This document shows positions 47,929 through 59,047 of a DNA stretch of 64,000 nt, in pieces. The translations under genes and the position numbers were made by a program. This DNA comes from Paraspadella gotoi (lineage: Eukaryota > Animalia > Chaetognatha). The stretch is from positions 15,216,682-15,280,681 of the forward strand of contig CM119264.1 in NCBI GenBank assembly GCA_051294375.1, read 5' to 3'. The notes under the pieces are model-generated. The model ran no database searches and was not told the origin of the DNA. It was given only the letters and a program-made list of their open reading frames with translations. Numbering within the stretch: the first letter of the stretch is position 1; every line of letters begins with the position of its first letter.

Positions 47929-50410
47929 AACAAGTTTGAGCAAACAATGTCGGATCTGCCCACGATCATTATCGGTAATTAATTAATTAATAAATAATTA
48001 ATTATTTAATTAATTTATTCAAGTTGATTATTTAATTATGCAATTAATTTGATCCGAAATGTTTGTTTTGATTGATTAATTAACTGATTAATTAATTATT
48101 GATTAATTGACTAATTGATTAATTAACTAATTAATTATTGGATTTATTAATACATCTTGCATTTACATTTAATATAAAAAGAAAAAGAAGCATAATCAAT
48201 TAGTGAAACAGGTTCTTTGTTTTTTCCATTTAAACTCATTTCCACTCAAACGATTCCATCAAAACTTGATTTCCAGTTTAATCACACACTTTTCTACCTA
48301 AATACAAAATTTCAAGTCAATCGCCCCATCCACTCATGAGTAATTGGTGTTCAAATAATGAAATATATTTTTTTGTTTTTTCCATTTATACTCATTTCCA
48401 CTTGGACGATTCCATCGAAACTTCATATCCAGCTCAATCACACACTTGGGACGGACGGACGGACGTTTTTTTTGCATAATTTATCATAATTCGATGTTCT
48501 GACATGATATAAGTGAATGCCCGACAAGATTGAGGGGGCGGACCGACGGACCGACAAAGTGAATTATACAGTCGGGATCTGCTGAAAGCAGATCCGACTA
48601 AAAATATTATTATTTGAGATTAAAGACGAAGTCTTTTTACATCAACGATTTTTATTTTTAATGGTACAGACAAGTTTCGGCTTTCATTCAAGCCTTCATC
48701 AGTGCTTTGACAATTCACAATTTCATGTTTTCCAAATTGACTTTGGGATAGAGAGAGAGGGAAGAAATGGCTAACAAAGATGTGAGACAGGACAGTGGTG
48801 AAATGTGAGGACAGGTTGGACAAGTTGGTAGAGAGAGAGAGAGAATGTGAGGGAAAAAAATTAAATTTTAGTGAGTGAGAGAGAGAGAAAAAGAGCGAGA
48901 ACAATTTTGAGCTGCCCACGATCATTATTGGTAATTAAATAATAATTAATTCAAATTAATTAATTAGTCAATTAACTTGATCCGAAATGTTTGTTTTGAT
49001 TGATTAATTGACTGATATCATGATTAATTAATAATTAATTAATTGATTAATTAACTGATTATTACTTTAATTTATTAATTTATACATTTTTTTCCATTTA
49101 AACTCATTTCCACTCAAACGATTCTATCAAAACTTGATTCCCAGCTTAAACACACACTTTCCTACCCACATACAAAATTTCAGGTGAATTGCCCCATCCA
49201 CTCGTGAGTAATTGGTGTTCAAATAATGAAATTTTTTTTTTCAATTAAACTCATTTCCACTCGCACTTACCAACCCACACACAAAATTGAATTCCAATCC
49301 ATCCATCCAATCACGAATAATTGGTGTTTTTTTCTAAGGTGGGACGGACGGACATCATTTTTTTTGGCATAATTTATCATAATTCGATGTTCTGACATGA
49401 AATAAGTTAATGCCCGGCATGATTGAGGGGGAGGACCGACGGACCGACAAAGTGAATTATAGAGTCGGTAGGATGGACGGACAGAGGGACAGACAGACAT
49501 CGGTTTTTTTTGCATAATTTATCATAATTCAATATTCTGACATATATGTGGTTGACCGATAATATTGAGGGGGCAGACCGACAAAGTGAATTATAGAGCA
49601 GGGATCTGCTTATAAGCAACTTTTAAAAATTCTTGTTTTCTTGGTAAAAATTAAAAAAAAAAAAAAATCGAATGAAGATTAAGCTTATCAACAGATCCCG
49701 ACTCTATAATTCACTGTGTCGGTCCCCCATAGTATTGTCGGGCACTCATATCATGTCAGAACATTGAATTGTGATAAATTATGCAAAAAAAATGTCTGTC
49801 CATCTGTCCGTCCTACCTTAGCAAAAAAGACTAATTACTCGTGATTGGATGGATGGATTGGAATGAAATTGTATGTGGGTAGGGAAGTGTGTGATTGAGC
49901 TGGATATGAAATTTCGATGGAATCGTCCGAGTGGAAATGAGTTTAAATGGAAAAAATAAAAAAATAAATTTCTCATAAGTGAATGGGACGATTAACCTGA
50001 AATTTTTGTATGTGGGTATGAAAGTGTGTGATTTAGCTGGAATTCAAGTTTCGATGGAATCGTCCGGGTGGAAATAGGTTTAAATGGAAAAAATAAAAAA
50101 CCTGTTTCACTAATTGATTATGCTTCTTTTTCTTTTTATATTAAATGTAAAGGCAAAATGTATTAATTAATCAAATAATCAGTTAATTAATCAATAATTA
50201 AATAATCAGTCAATAAATTAAGTTAATCGTTATTGGTATTATTCTCATCGTCGTCATTGCTTTTGTCATGGTTACTGATGAAAAGACCTAAAAACAAACA
50301 TTTGTGATCAAATGAATTAATTAATTAGATCCCAAATAACTGACTTAATTAATTAATTAATTAATTACCGATAATGATTGTGGGCAGATCCGGCGTTGTT
50401 TGCTCAAACT
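47929..50410. mobile_element. Cluster of three HINE-like elements (two +, one -)
   Basis: AACAAGTTTGAGCAAACAATGTCGGATCTGC start, GGACGGACGG microsatellite, terminal stem-loop GTCGGGATCTGCTGAAAGCAGATCCGAC. Confidence 0.7.
48666..48705 (-). ncRNA. Minimal hammerhead ribozyme within a family element (48620-48910)
   Basis: GCA-CTGATGA-A-GGCTT(GAATGA)AAGCC-GAAA-CTTG-TC^TGT. Confidence 0.75.
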
Positions 50411-50547
50411 TTTTAAAAATGTCTAAATTTTCGTTTGAAAAGGTGCTTTATTCAAATTTCTTAACCACCCTACTGAGTTAGGCTCCCCCTACTATAAGTC
50501 ACTTTTTGGTCGGTCGGTCCGTCAGTCCCACTTGAGTTAAAATTGCA

Positions 50548-51480
50548 TATATTGTATTGTATTGTATTTATTCATACAGCGGGTCCGAGGACCATGGGCC
50601 ACAGTGGTTTTACAAAAACACAAAAGCAGATAACAGAGATACAAGCAGTAATACAATAAGTATGACATTAGAAAATTAGATTTCCAGCAACTCAGTAAAT
50701 TTAAGCAATGAATAAATTTTTCTTAATAGAAAAAAGGCCAATTAATTCTACAAAAAAAACAAAAAAAAAAAACAGTTTCATATATTAACGGAACATTACT
50801 TAAAAAGGCAATCGGACTAATGTGATTTCCCAAATACGGGTATTTATTAATATCTTTGATATACTCCGGAAGGAGCGGAGACGAGTTCATTAAACAAATT
50901 TGGAATGTGCTCGTCTGAATATTCTAAATTGTAAGTCTCGTAAGCCTAATGAATCTACAACTATTTTATTAGACATTTTTCGTGGAATGTTTGTAATACA
51001 TTTTAAAAATTTATTTTCTATTGATTCAAGTTTTAACCACTTTCCGTTAGATATAGAACAGAAACATGACATACTATATTCAAGTAATGATATCGCAAAG
51101 ACTTGATACAATTCCAACATTAAGTTTATATCTAAATGATTATATTTAAATTTCAACTTTCGAAGCATGCCACAACATTGTCGCATTTTCTTTTCTATAG
51201 TTTCTAAATGTTTACTCCATGTCATTTTATCATCAAAAGTTACGCCCAAAAAAACCGCTTCCCTTATTGTTTTAACTCCCACCCCAAATAATTCTAAATT
51301 TAGGGATCTATCTAAGTTTCGTCTTGAGAAAATTATTAACTGACACTTCTCCGGCGCCAGTTTAAGTCTCCACTTACTACACCACCTCTGAATCGCATCT
51401 AATGTCCTTTTCATTTCAAATTGACACAACTCCAGAGAACTCTCAGTTACCCAATTAGCTGTATCGTCGGCATATAATTA
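50548..51480 (-). mobile_element. 5'-truncated non-LTR retrotransposon (Jockey/I-group-like RT)
   Basis: LYADDTANW..WCSKWRLKLAPEKCQ..FLGVTFDDKMTWSKHL..LEY; the 3' end is AATAAA followed by an (ATACA)n tail. Confidence 0.9.
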
Positions 51481-51603
51481 CCTTATAGTTATTTTCTCAT
51501 TTGTTCAGACAAGAAAAAAACCTTAAATTTAAAGGACTGCTTGCGCCGCCTTTAGGAAATCCTAAAACTATAAAGAACAAAAGATATAATTTTTATGTAG
51601 TGT

Positions 51604-53828
51604 AGGACTAAGCTCTGATGAAAAAAGCCCGAGTTTTTTTCAATATATTCTTATACCGGCCAAGGTAGAATGATGGCAATATTATTAATATTAAGTTTCC
51701 AAAAAATCCGACCATAAATATAGAAAATATTAACCAAAATCTTCGGAAAATCAACCCCTTCTTTGGAAGATTTTCGCCATAGGTTCCGCGTACAAATGTT
51801 GCATTTCGGAAAAAAACGACTTTCCACTATTGTTCAGTTGTTACTTACAATGATGATTAACTTTGTACCACAACACAAATTAGGCCGAATGAAGGATTGG
51901 TTAGAAACATCTCCACCCGTTTCTAATGATAAAATAGTACCATTTTGGCAACTTTTAGCCAAAAAAATTATGTCCATTTTTGTCCATTTTTACTTACGAC
52001 TTCTGATTTGAATGCCAAGGAAAGTTGAGAAAATTTTTTTACTTTGGAAATCCGTTCTTTCTTATCTTCTTTACCTCTGGGTAAATTTATTAGCTTAAAT
52101 CATTTATAGTTTGCCTATGAATTAATTTTAAAGTTAACAAGTCAAAAAGTTGGAGTTTCAGTCTTTATCATAATTTGTTAAACAAAAATAAATCAAATTG
52201 GTTGAAATTAACAGAAAATATAGCCTATTGAATAAGCTTTTAACACCTATAAAATTATCAAAAAAACTTTTTTGGTTAGCCACAAATAATTTTTAAAGAC
52301 GTCTTTTAATTTGTGACTTTTTGTGACTTGCATTTATTTTGATAAAGAGAATATTTTCAACTCATTTATTAGTTTTAAAAGATGAGGTACATACTGACCT
52401 TGATTAATTAAAAAAAACCGCATCCTTTTAACCCAATGGAAAGCGTCAGGACTTGTTTTTTCTCAGAAATTTGCTAGGCAACCAAAATTGAAAAAAAAAT
52501 CATGCGCTACCGTTCATTTTCTTTCTTATAATGAATCAAAGAATTTTCATTGATTTGATTCAATCTAAATGAAGAAAATAAGTGATAAGAAAGAGGAAAG
52601 GGAGAACAAGAAGAGGAGAAGGGAAGATGAGAGAGAATGAGGTGAAAAAAGGAAAAAGAGAAGGCAAAGGGGATAAAAGTAGAGAGATAAAGATAAGGCG
52701 GGAAAGGAGGGGGGAAATTTAAAGAAAAAGAAGGGGAAAGAAAGGGAAGGAGAGAATAAGAGAAAAAAAAGATAAGGGAAATGGAGGAGAAGCAGGGAAA
52801 GGTAGGGGGTAAAAAAATGGAAAGTGAGGTCGTGATATGAAAGGGAGGAAGAGGGTTAGAAAAAATGAAAAGCTGTGAAGAAGAAAGGTAACGAGAAAGA
52901 ATAACAGAGGATATGAGAAGGAAAAAATGGTAACAGATATTGTGGTGTCTTTTCTGAATAGTTTGCTCTAAATAAAAGATACAAAAATTATTATAGGGAA
53001 TTCGATCTTTAAAAGTTTTCTGTACCATGAAAATTCATACATACTTTTTTTAAAACTAAGGAAGTTAATGAGATTAGATTGATAAGCATCGAAGAAATCT
53101 TGTCTTACCGTATTTTTAACTCATAGAATTTTATCTGGGACGTACTATGTCATAAGAGGAAGATAACTATAGCCTACCGTTTTTTTAAATGAAGAAAGAT
53201 ACTAGTCAATGAGATCATCAGAGATGAACGTAAATTAAGTTCAGATTCCATTGTCTAAAAGAGTCTGATTGTAGGCGGAACCCATAGAAGATTTTTCCCG
53301 AATCTGACTCCCGGTTGAAAACTCTTAGAATTCCGATCGTTAGCTCCTCTTTTACTTTTACTTTAAATAAAAATTTCACCAAAATGGACTAATTCACTTT
53401 CCCAGGATCGTATCATATCAAAATAACCAAATAAAATTAAAGAAAAATTTTGAGAGCCCTTCAGACACTTTGCCAAAGGATTCCAAAATTAGACGTCATT
53501 TGTTGAACAGGAACATACCTCAGTCACATTTATATCGTTTTTAAGGAAAACAATCCCTTTCATTTCTATATAAAATCAGAGATAGAAAATTTTCCCGTCC
53601 AGAAGCAGTCTATTTGTTCTGGCTTGTTTGATATCAAGATGTTGATGATTTGACAAGAGAAAAAAAATGCGAGCCCTTCAGATGCAACAGGATCGGAATC
53701 AAGTGTTTTTACATCGATATTTTACCCGAATTTTTACCAGGAGCGTTTATATTGTTTGGTAGTCAGATTTTAAAGAAAATCTCCATTGAAAAAGTCTTCC
53801 TCGATCTCTAAGAACGACGTAGACTCCT
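51604..53828 (+). mobile_element. Non-autonomous TIR element with a 9-bp TSD (Mutator-like)
   Basis: ATGTAGTGT|AGGAC..ACTCCT|ATGTAGTGT. Confidence 0.7.
51782..53282. mobile_element. Nested 1.5-kb TIR element with a 4-bp TSD
   Basis: CATA|GGTTCCGCGTACA..TGTAGGCGGAACC|CATA; empty site GCCATAGAAG at ~56747. Confidence 0.85.
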
Positions 53829-55648
53829 ATGTAGTGTGTGTCTTATAAATACATGACTACAATAACTTTCTTAGCCCATGTTATGTCATGTTATGTAACA
53901 TGTCATATCACGAAAAATACACGTGATAAGGCAGTCACTGCAGCGCAACACATTTAAATTACCATTCTTGTTTTTTTAGGGAATGGGATGACACGATTCG
54001 TAGGAAATCAAAACTACGCAAGGCTTTAAATGCGGATGTCGCAAAAGGTAAGTTTTTTCATTTCCCATTTTAATTAACTTTTAAAGTTAAATGCATTATA
54101 GTTACATAGTAGGGCGTTTAAAAATAACAAAATATAACAAATCGAATAAGGTATATAGCTATTTTAGTATAAACAAGTCTGGAGAATTCGAATTTGTATA
54201 ATTTTATCTTGTCAAAAATGATGATTTTTAATGTATATGAAAATTTTAATCAAACATATATTGCTTTCTTTTTTAAAAATGTTTTATCTAATAATTCAAT
54301 TTAGGAAGGGGAAGTCAGTGTTGTCTTCTGGAAATAGAGGGAGCATCTATAAAACACATGGTTAGATTACTATCTGTCCTAGTTTTCTAATAGATATCAC
54401 ACATCATTTCTGTTAGAAAGTCATTAATGAAAAATCATAATATCTGAAAGGCTGAACAGTAGAGTGATGTAAAAATGATAAAATTTTAAAAAATTAAAAT
54501 TTGGCATATCAAACATGAAAATAAAAACCAATAAAAATATTTTAGTAAATTTCCTTTTTAATTTTATACATTAGTGGGCACCAGTGAGCTATATTTATAT
54601 AGTAATAAGTATATAATAAGCTAAAATTTCAAAATATAAATTTTTAAATTTTAAGATCGGATTTGGATTTTTTTACAAAAAGTTGATATAAGAAAGTATA
54701 ATTCTTTTTTAAAAATTATTTCATTAAGTTGGTCAAAAATGTGAAAAACTATATTTAAGATACCGATTTTTAATTTCCAACCTCAAAATATAGTTTTTTA
54801 AAGTTTTAACCTACTCAAACATAATTTTTGAAAAAGTTTATTTTTTTATTTATCAACTTTTTACGAGGAATCTGAATCTGTTCTCAAAATTAAAAAAAAC
54901 AATTTTGAAATTTTGATATTATATAAAGGTAGTATTATATACAAAATAAGCTGACTGGGCTATAAAAAAAATTATAGAATAGTATTTACTAATATGATAG
55001 TTTTTAAGATATAATTGCTAAATTTTGATTCCAAACTTTCACTTCACCTTACTGAACAGAAAGGGGTGGGAATGGATAATTTTTTGAGGGGGGACCAACG
55101 TTATATATGATTTTTTTTACCAATAGGGATAAGACTACCATGTAGAATTGTATGTTCTGATAGGGATACATACTGGGGAAAGGTCAATAGGGGCACCTTT
55201 ATGTTATGAATATAATTTTAAAATACTTTAATAAAAATTTTATTTTTTCTTTATCCTATTTTTTAATTATTTCTTTTTTGAATATTTTTTATCTTTTATG
55301 TTTATACAATGGGAAGGTCATCAGTTGGGAACCTATATAAAATTGTCATAAAAAAGAAAAAAAAATAAATTCTGACAAATCACATTATTATAATTTTATA
55401 AAATTTACATGAGCTTTTGAAATATAAAAATATTTTGGTAAGTTTATTTTTAAATTTTATAAAAAGTTAGTTAACCATATTTATTAATAATTATGAATAA
55501 AAATTATGTTTAAGTTAAAAATTAATAATTTCAAAATTTTATTCCTGGATTTGTATTCCTTGCAAAAAGTTGATACAAGAAAATATAATTTTTATTCCTT
55601 TAGAGATCAAACGAAAAAATCGTTGGAATAGCAATTTTTATTTTTATT

Positions 55649-55691
55649 ATTGAACATGTTTCGACTTAGTGGTACGAGTCTTCATCAGTAA
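55649..55691 (-). ncRNA. Hammerhead ribozyme, partly degenerate
   Basis: CTGATGA-A-GACTC(GTACCACT)AAGTC-GAAA-CATG-TT; stem I is weak. Confidence 0.55.
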
Positions 55692-56476
55692 GCAAATTTC
55701 AATAAACCAAAAATTTCAAACATTAGTTTGAGAGAGAGATAGAGAAAGAGAGAGAGTTTCCAACAAAGAATTGAGTAAAGGATAGTGGTCAGATGTGAGG
55801 ACAGGTGAAAGTAGGGAAAGAGAGAGTAAATGATTTTGAAATTGGTGAAAAGAGAGAGAGAGAGAGAGAAAGACACAGGGATCAATACATTAGGCAATGT
55901 ACAACAGTGAAATTTTTTTAGAAAAACTAAATATTTAATAAGAGTAATAATAAATTAATTATTATCTGATGATTGTTAGTTTAATAGAAGGGAAACTGAA
56001 ATAGAAGAATAAGTGATGAGGGATAGATAACTTAAAGATAAGTGAAATGGAAAGGCAAGAAAAGAGCTCAAAATGAGCTGCCCCCCCCGGCCAGGCAAAT
56101 GTGGGACGTTAACGATGTCGTCGGGTCATTTTGAGCTCTTACCTTACCATTTCACTTATCTTTAACTTATCTATCCCTCATCACTTATTCTTCTATTTCA
56201 GTTTCCCTTCTATTAAACTAACAATCATCAGCTAATAATTAATTTATTATATTTAGTTTTTTTTTAAATTTTTCACTGTTGTACATTGCCTAATGTATTG
56301 ATCCCTTGTCTCTCTCTCTCTCTCTCTCTTTTCACCAATTTCAAAATCATTTACTCTCTCTTTCCCTACTTTCACCTGTCCTCACATCTGACCACTATCC
56401 CTTACTCAATTCTTTGTTGGAAACTCTCTCTCTCTCTCAAACTAATGTTTGAAATTTTTGGTTTATTGAAATTTAC

Positions 56477-56520
56477 TTCCTGATGAAAACTCGTACCACT
56501 AAGAGTCGAAATATGTTCAA
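56477..56520 (+). ncRNA. Hammerhead ribozyme, degenerate
   Basis: CTGATGA-A-AACTC..GAGTC-GAAA-TATG-TT. Confidence 0.45.
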
Positions 56521-57297
56521 TAATAAAAATAAAAATTGCTATTCCGACGATTTTTTCGTTTCATCTCTAAATAGGACTAAGCTCTGACGAAACCAAAGCC
56601 CGAGGTTTTTTTAATATATTCTTATGCCGGCCAAGGTAGAATGATGGCAATATTGTTAATATTAAGTTTCAAAAAAATCCAACCATAAATATAGAAAATA
56701 TTAACCAAAATCTTTGGAAAATCCACCCCTTCTTTGGAAGATTTTCGCCATAGAAGATTTTTCCCGAATCTGACTCCCGGTTGAAAACTCTTAGAATTCC
56801 GATCGTTAGCTCCTCTTTTACTTTTACTTTAAAAAAATTTCACCAAAATAGACTAATTCACTTTATCATGATCGTATCATATCAAAATAGCCAAATAAAA
56901 TGTAAAGAAAAATTTTGAGAGCCCTTCAGACACTTTGCCAAAGGATTCCAAAAATTAGACCTCATTTGTTAAACAGGAACATACCTCAGTCACGTTTATA
57001 TCGTTTTCAAGGAAAAAAATCCCTTTCATTTCTATATAAAATCAGAGATGGAAAATTTTTCCATCGAGAAGCAGTCTATTTGTTCTGGCTTGTTTGATAT
57101 CAAGATGATGATGATTTGACAAGAGAAAAAAAATGCGAGCCCTTCAGATGCAACAGGATCGGAATCAAGTGTTTTTACATCGATATTTTACCAGAATTTT
57201 TACCAGGAGCGTTTATATTGTTTGGTAGTCAGATTTGAACGAAAATCTCCATTGAAAAAGTCTTCCTCGATCTCTAAGAACGACGTAGACTCCTATT

Positions 57298-58847
57298 GGC
57301 TCCACGTACGATCGACGTCTTTTAGACAACGAAATCTGAACTTCATTAATTACCATCTTTCTTGATCTCATTAGTTAGTATGAAGCTTACTTCATTTAAA
57401 AAAACGGTAGTCTCAAGTTATCTCCTTCTTATCACTTAGAACTTCCCAGGTAAATTTCTATGAGTTAAAAACACGGTAAGACATGGTTTCTTCAATGATT
57501 GTTTATCTAATCTCATTAACTTCGTAATTTTAATATAAGTATGTTCGAATTTTTATGTTATAGATAATTTTTAAAGATCAAATTCCTCATAAGAATCTTC
57601 ACGTCTTTTACTTACATAAAAGTTTTTAGGTAAGACGCCACATTATCTGATACAATTTTTTTTTCTTCATACGCTTTCCCTGATTCTTTTTCTTCACTTC
57701 TTTCTTCTCTTTCTTTATATTTTCCTCTTCCTCTTTCCTCCCTTACTTCTCAATCTGTCACTTACCATTTTTGGCCCCTACCTTTTTCTGCCATTCATGC
57801 ACTTTCCTCACCTTTTTTTCTCCTTCTCTCTTTCCCTTTCTTTTCCCCTCTTTTTCTTTCCAATTTTCCCCTCATTTCCTACCTTTTATTTGTCTCACTA
57901 TTTTTTCCCCCCATTTGCCTATTTTGTTTTGCCTTTGGCCCCCTATTTCATTTTCTCCCCTTCTCCTTTTCTTGTTTCTTTCTTTCTCTTTTTCCTCTCA
58001 CTACGTTTACATTGAGCCATATCAAAGAAAATCTTTAATATGCATTATAAGAAAGAATATTAACGGTAACGGAGGTTTTTATTTCAATTTTGGTTGCCTA
58101 GCAAATTTAGTAAATCGACAGATTTTGCGGAAAATCTTTCCGCAAAATCTGTCGATTCTGAGAAAAAACAAGTCCTGACGCTTTCCATTGGCTTAAAAGG
58201 ATGCGGTTTTTTTTGTTTTATCAACGTCAGTAAGTACCCCATCTTTTAAAACTAATAAAAGAGGTGAAAATATTTTCTTTATCATAAATAAATGCAAGTC
58301 ACAAAAAGTCACAAATTAAAATTTGTCTTTAAAAATTATTTGTGGCTAAACGAAAAGAGTTTTTTTGATAATTTTGTAGGTGTTAAAAGCTTATTCTGTG
58401 GACTGTATTTTCTGTTAGTTTAAGCCAATTTAAACTATTTTGTTTAATAAATTATATAAAAAAACTAAAACTGCGACTTTTTGACTTGTCAACTTTAAAA
58501 TTAATTCATAAGTGAACTATGAATGCTATAAGGAAAATATTTTACTCAAGGGTGAAGAAGATCAGGAAGAAAGGAATTCCAAAATAAACAAATTTTCTCA
58601 ACTTTCCTTGGCATTCAAATTTGAAGACGAAAGTGAAAATGGACAAAAATGGACATAGATTTTTTTTTCTAAAAGTTGCAAAAATGTTACTCTTATATGA
58701 TTAGAAATAGCTGGAGATGGTTTTAACCAATCAGTATTTTGGCCTAATTTATATTATGGTGCAAATTAAATTAATTTTGTTAATAGTAACTGAACAATAC
58801 TGGAAAAAGTAGTTTTTTCTCTGAATGCGAGGATCGTAAGCAGAGGC
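57298..58847. mobile_element. Diverged inverted copy of the 4-bp-TSD TIR element
   Basis: TATT|GGCTCCACGTACGATC..GATCGTAAGCAGAGGC|TATT; internally reverse-complement similar to 51782-53282. Confidence 0.75.
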
Positions 58848-59006
58848 TATTCTAAACTATTTTAAATAGCAAAAAAGAAAGTCAAAATACATTTTTATTC
58901 CAAAATTATGTTATTAAGTTGGTCAAAATTCAGGAAAATTATAATTTTAAGCCAAAAATTAACAAAGTCTGATTTTATTTTTGCAACGTATTTTATTTTT
59001 ACAAGA

Positions 59007-59047
59007 GCAGACATGTTTCGGCTCACAATACGAGCCTTCATCAGCGC
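59007..59047 (-). ncRNA. Minimal hammerhead ribozyme within a truncated family element (58950-59130)
   Basis: GCG-CTGATGA-A-GGCTC(GTATTGT)GAGCC-GAAA-CATG-TC^TGC. Confidence 0.8.

Larger units (their letters stand above)
55599..56571. mobile_element. Larger palindromic dimer of the hammerhead element
   Basis: ~450-470-bp inverted arms, ~50-nt GC-rich spacer, hammerhead cores at 55649-55691 (-) and 56477-56520 (+). Confidence 0.85.

Noticed and set aside
51612-51640. CTGATGA motifs here and at ~3464, ~35090 and ~50275 as further hammerheads
   Set aside because: There is no stem II followed by GAAA and no NUH site in the right geometry.
55685-56483. Pair of near-identical divergent small ORFs (MPNVLIP...)
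   Set aside because: They are mirror translations of the two palindrome arms through CT microsatellite, with non-ATG starts.
52507-58178. F/S/L/P-rich ORFs at 52507-53028 and 57771-58178 resembling membrane proteins
   Set aside because: They are translations of the purine/pyrimidine low-complexity core of a non-autonomous TIR element.
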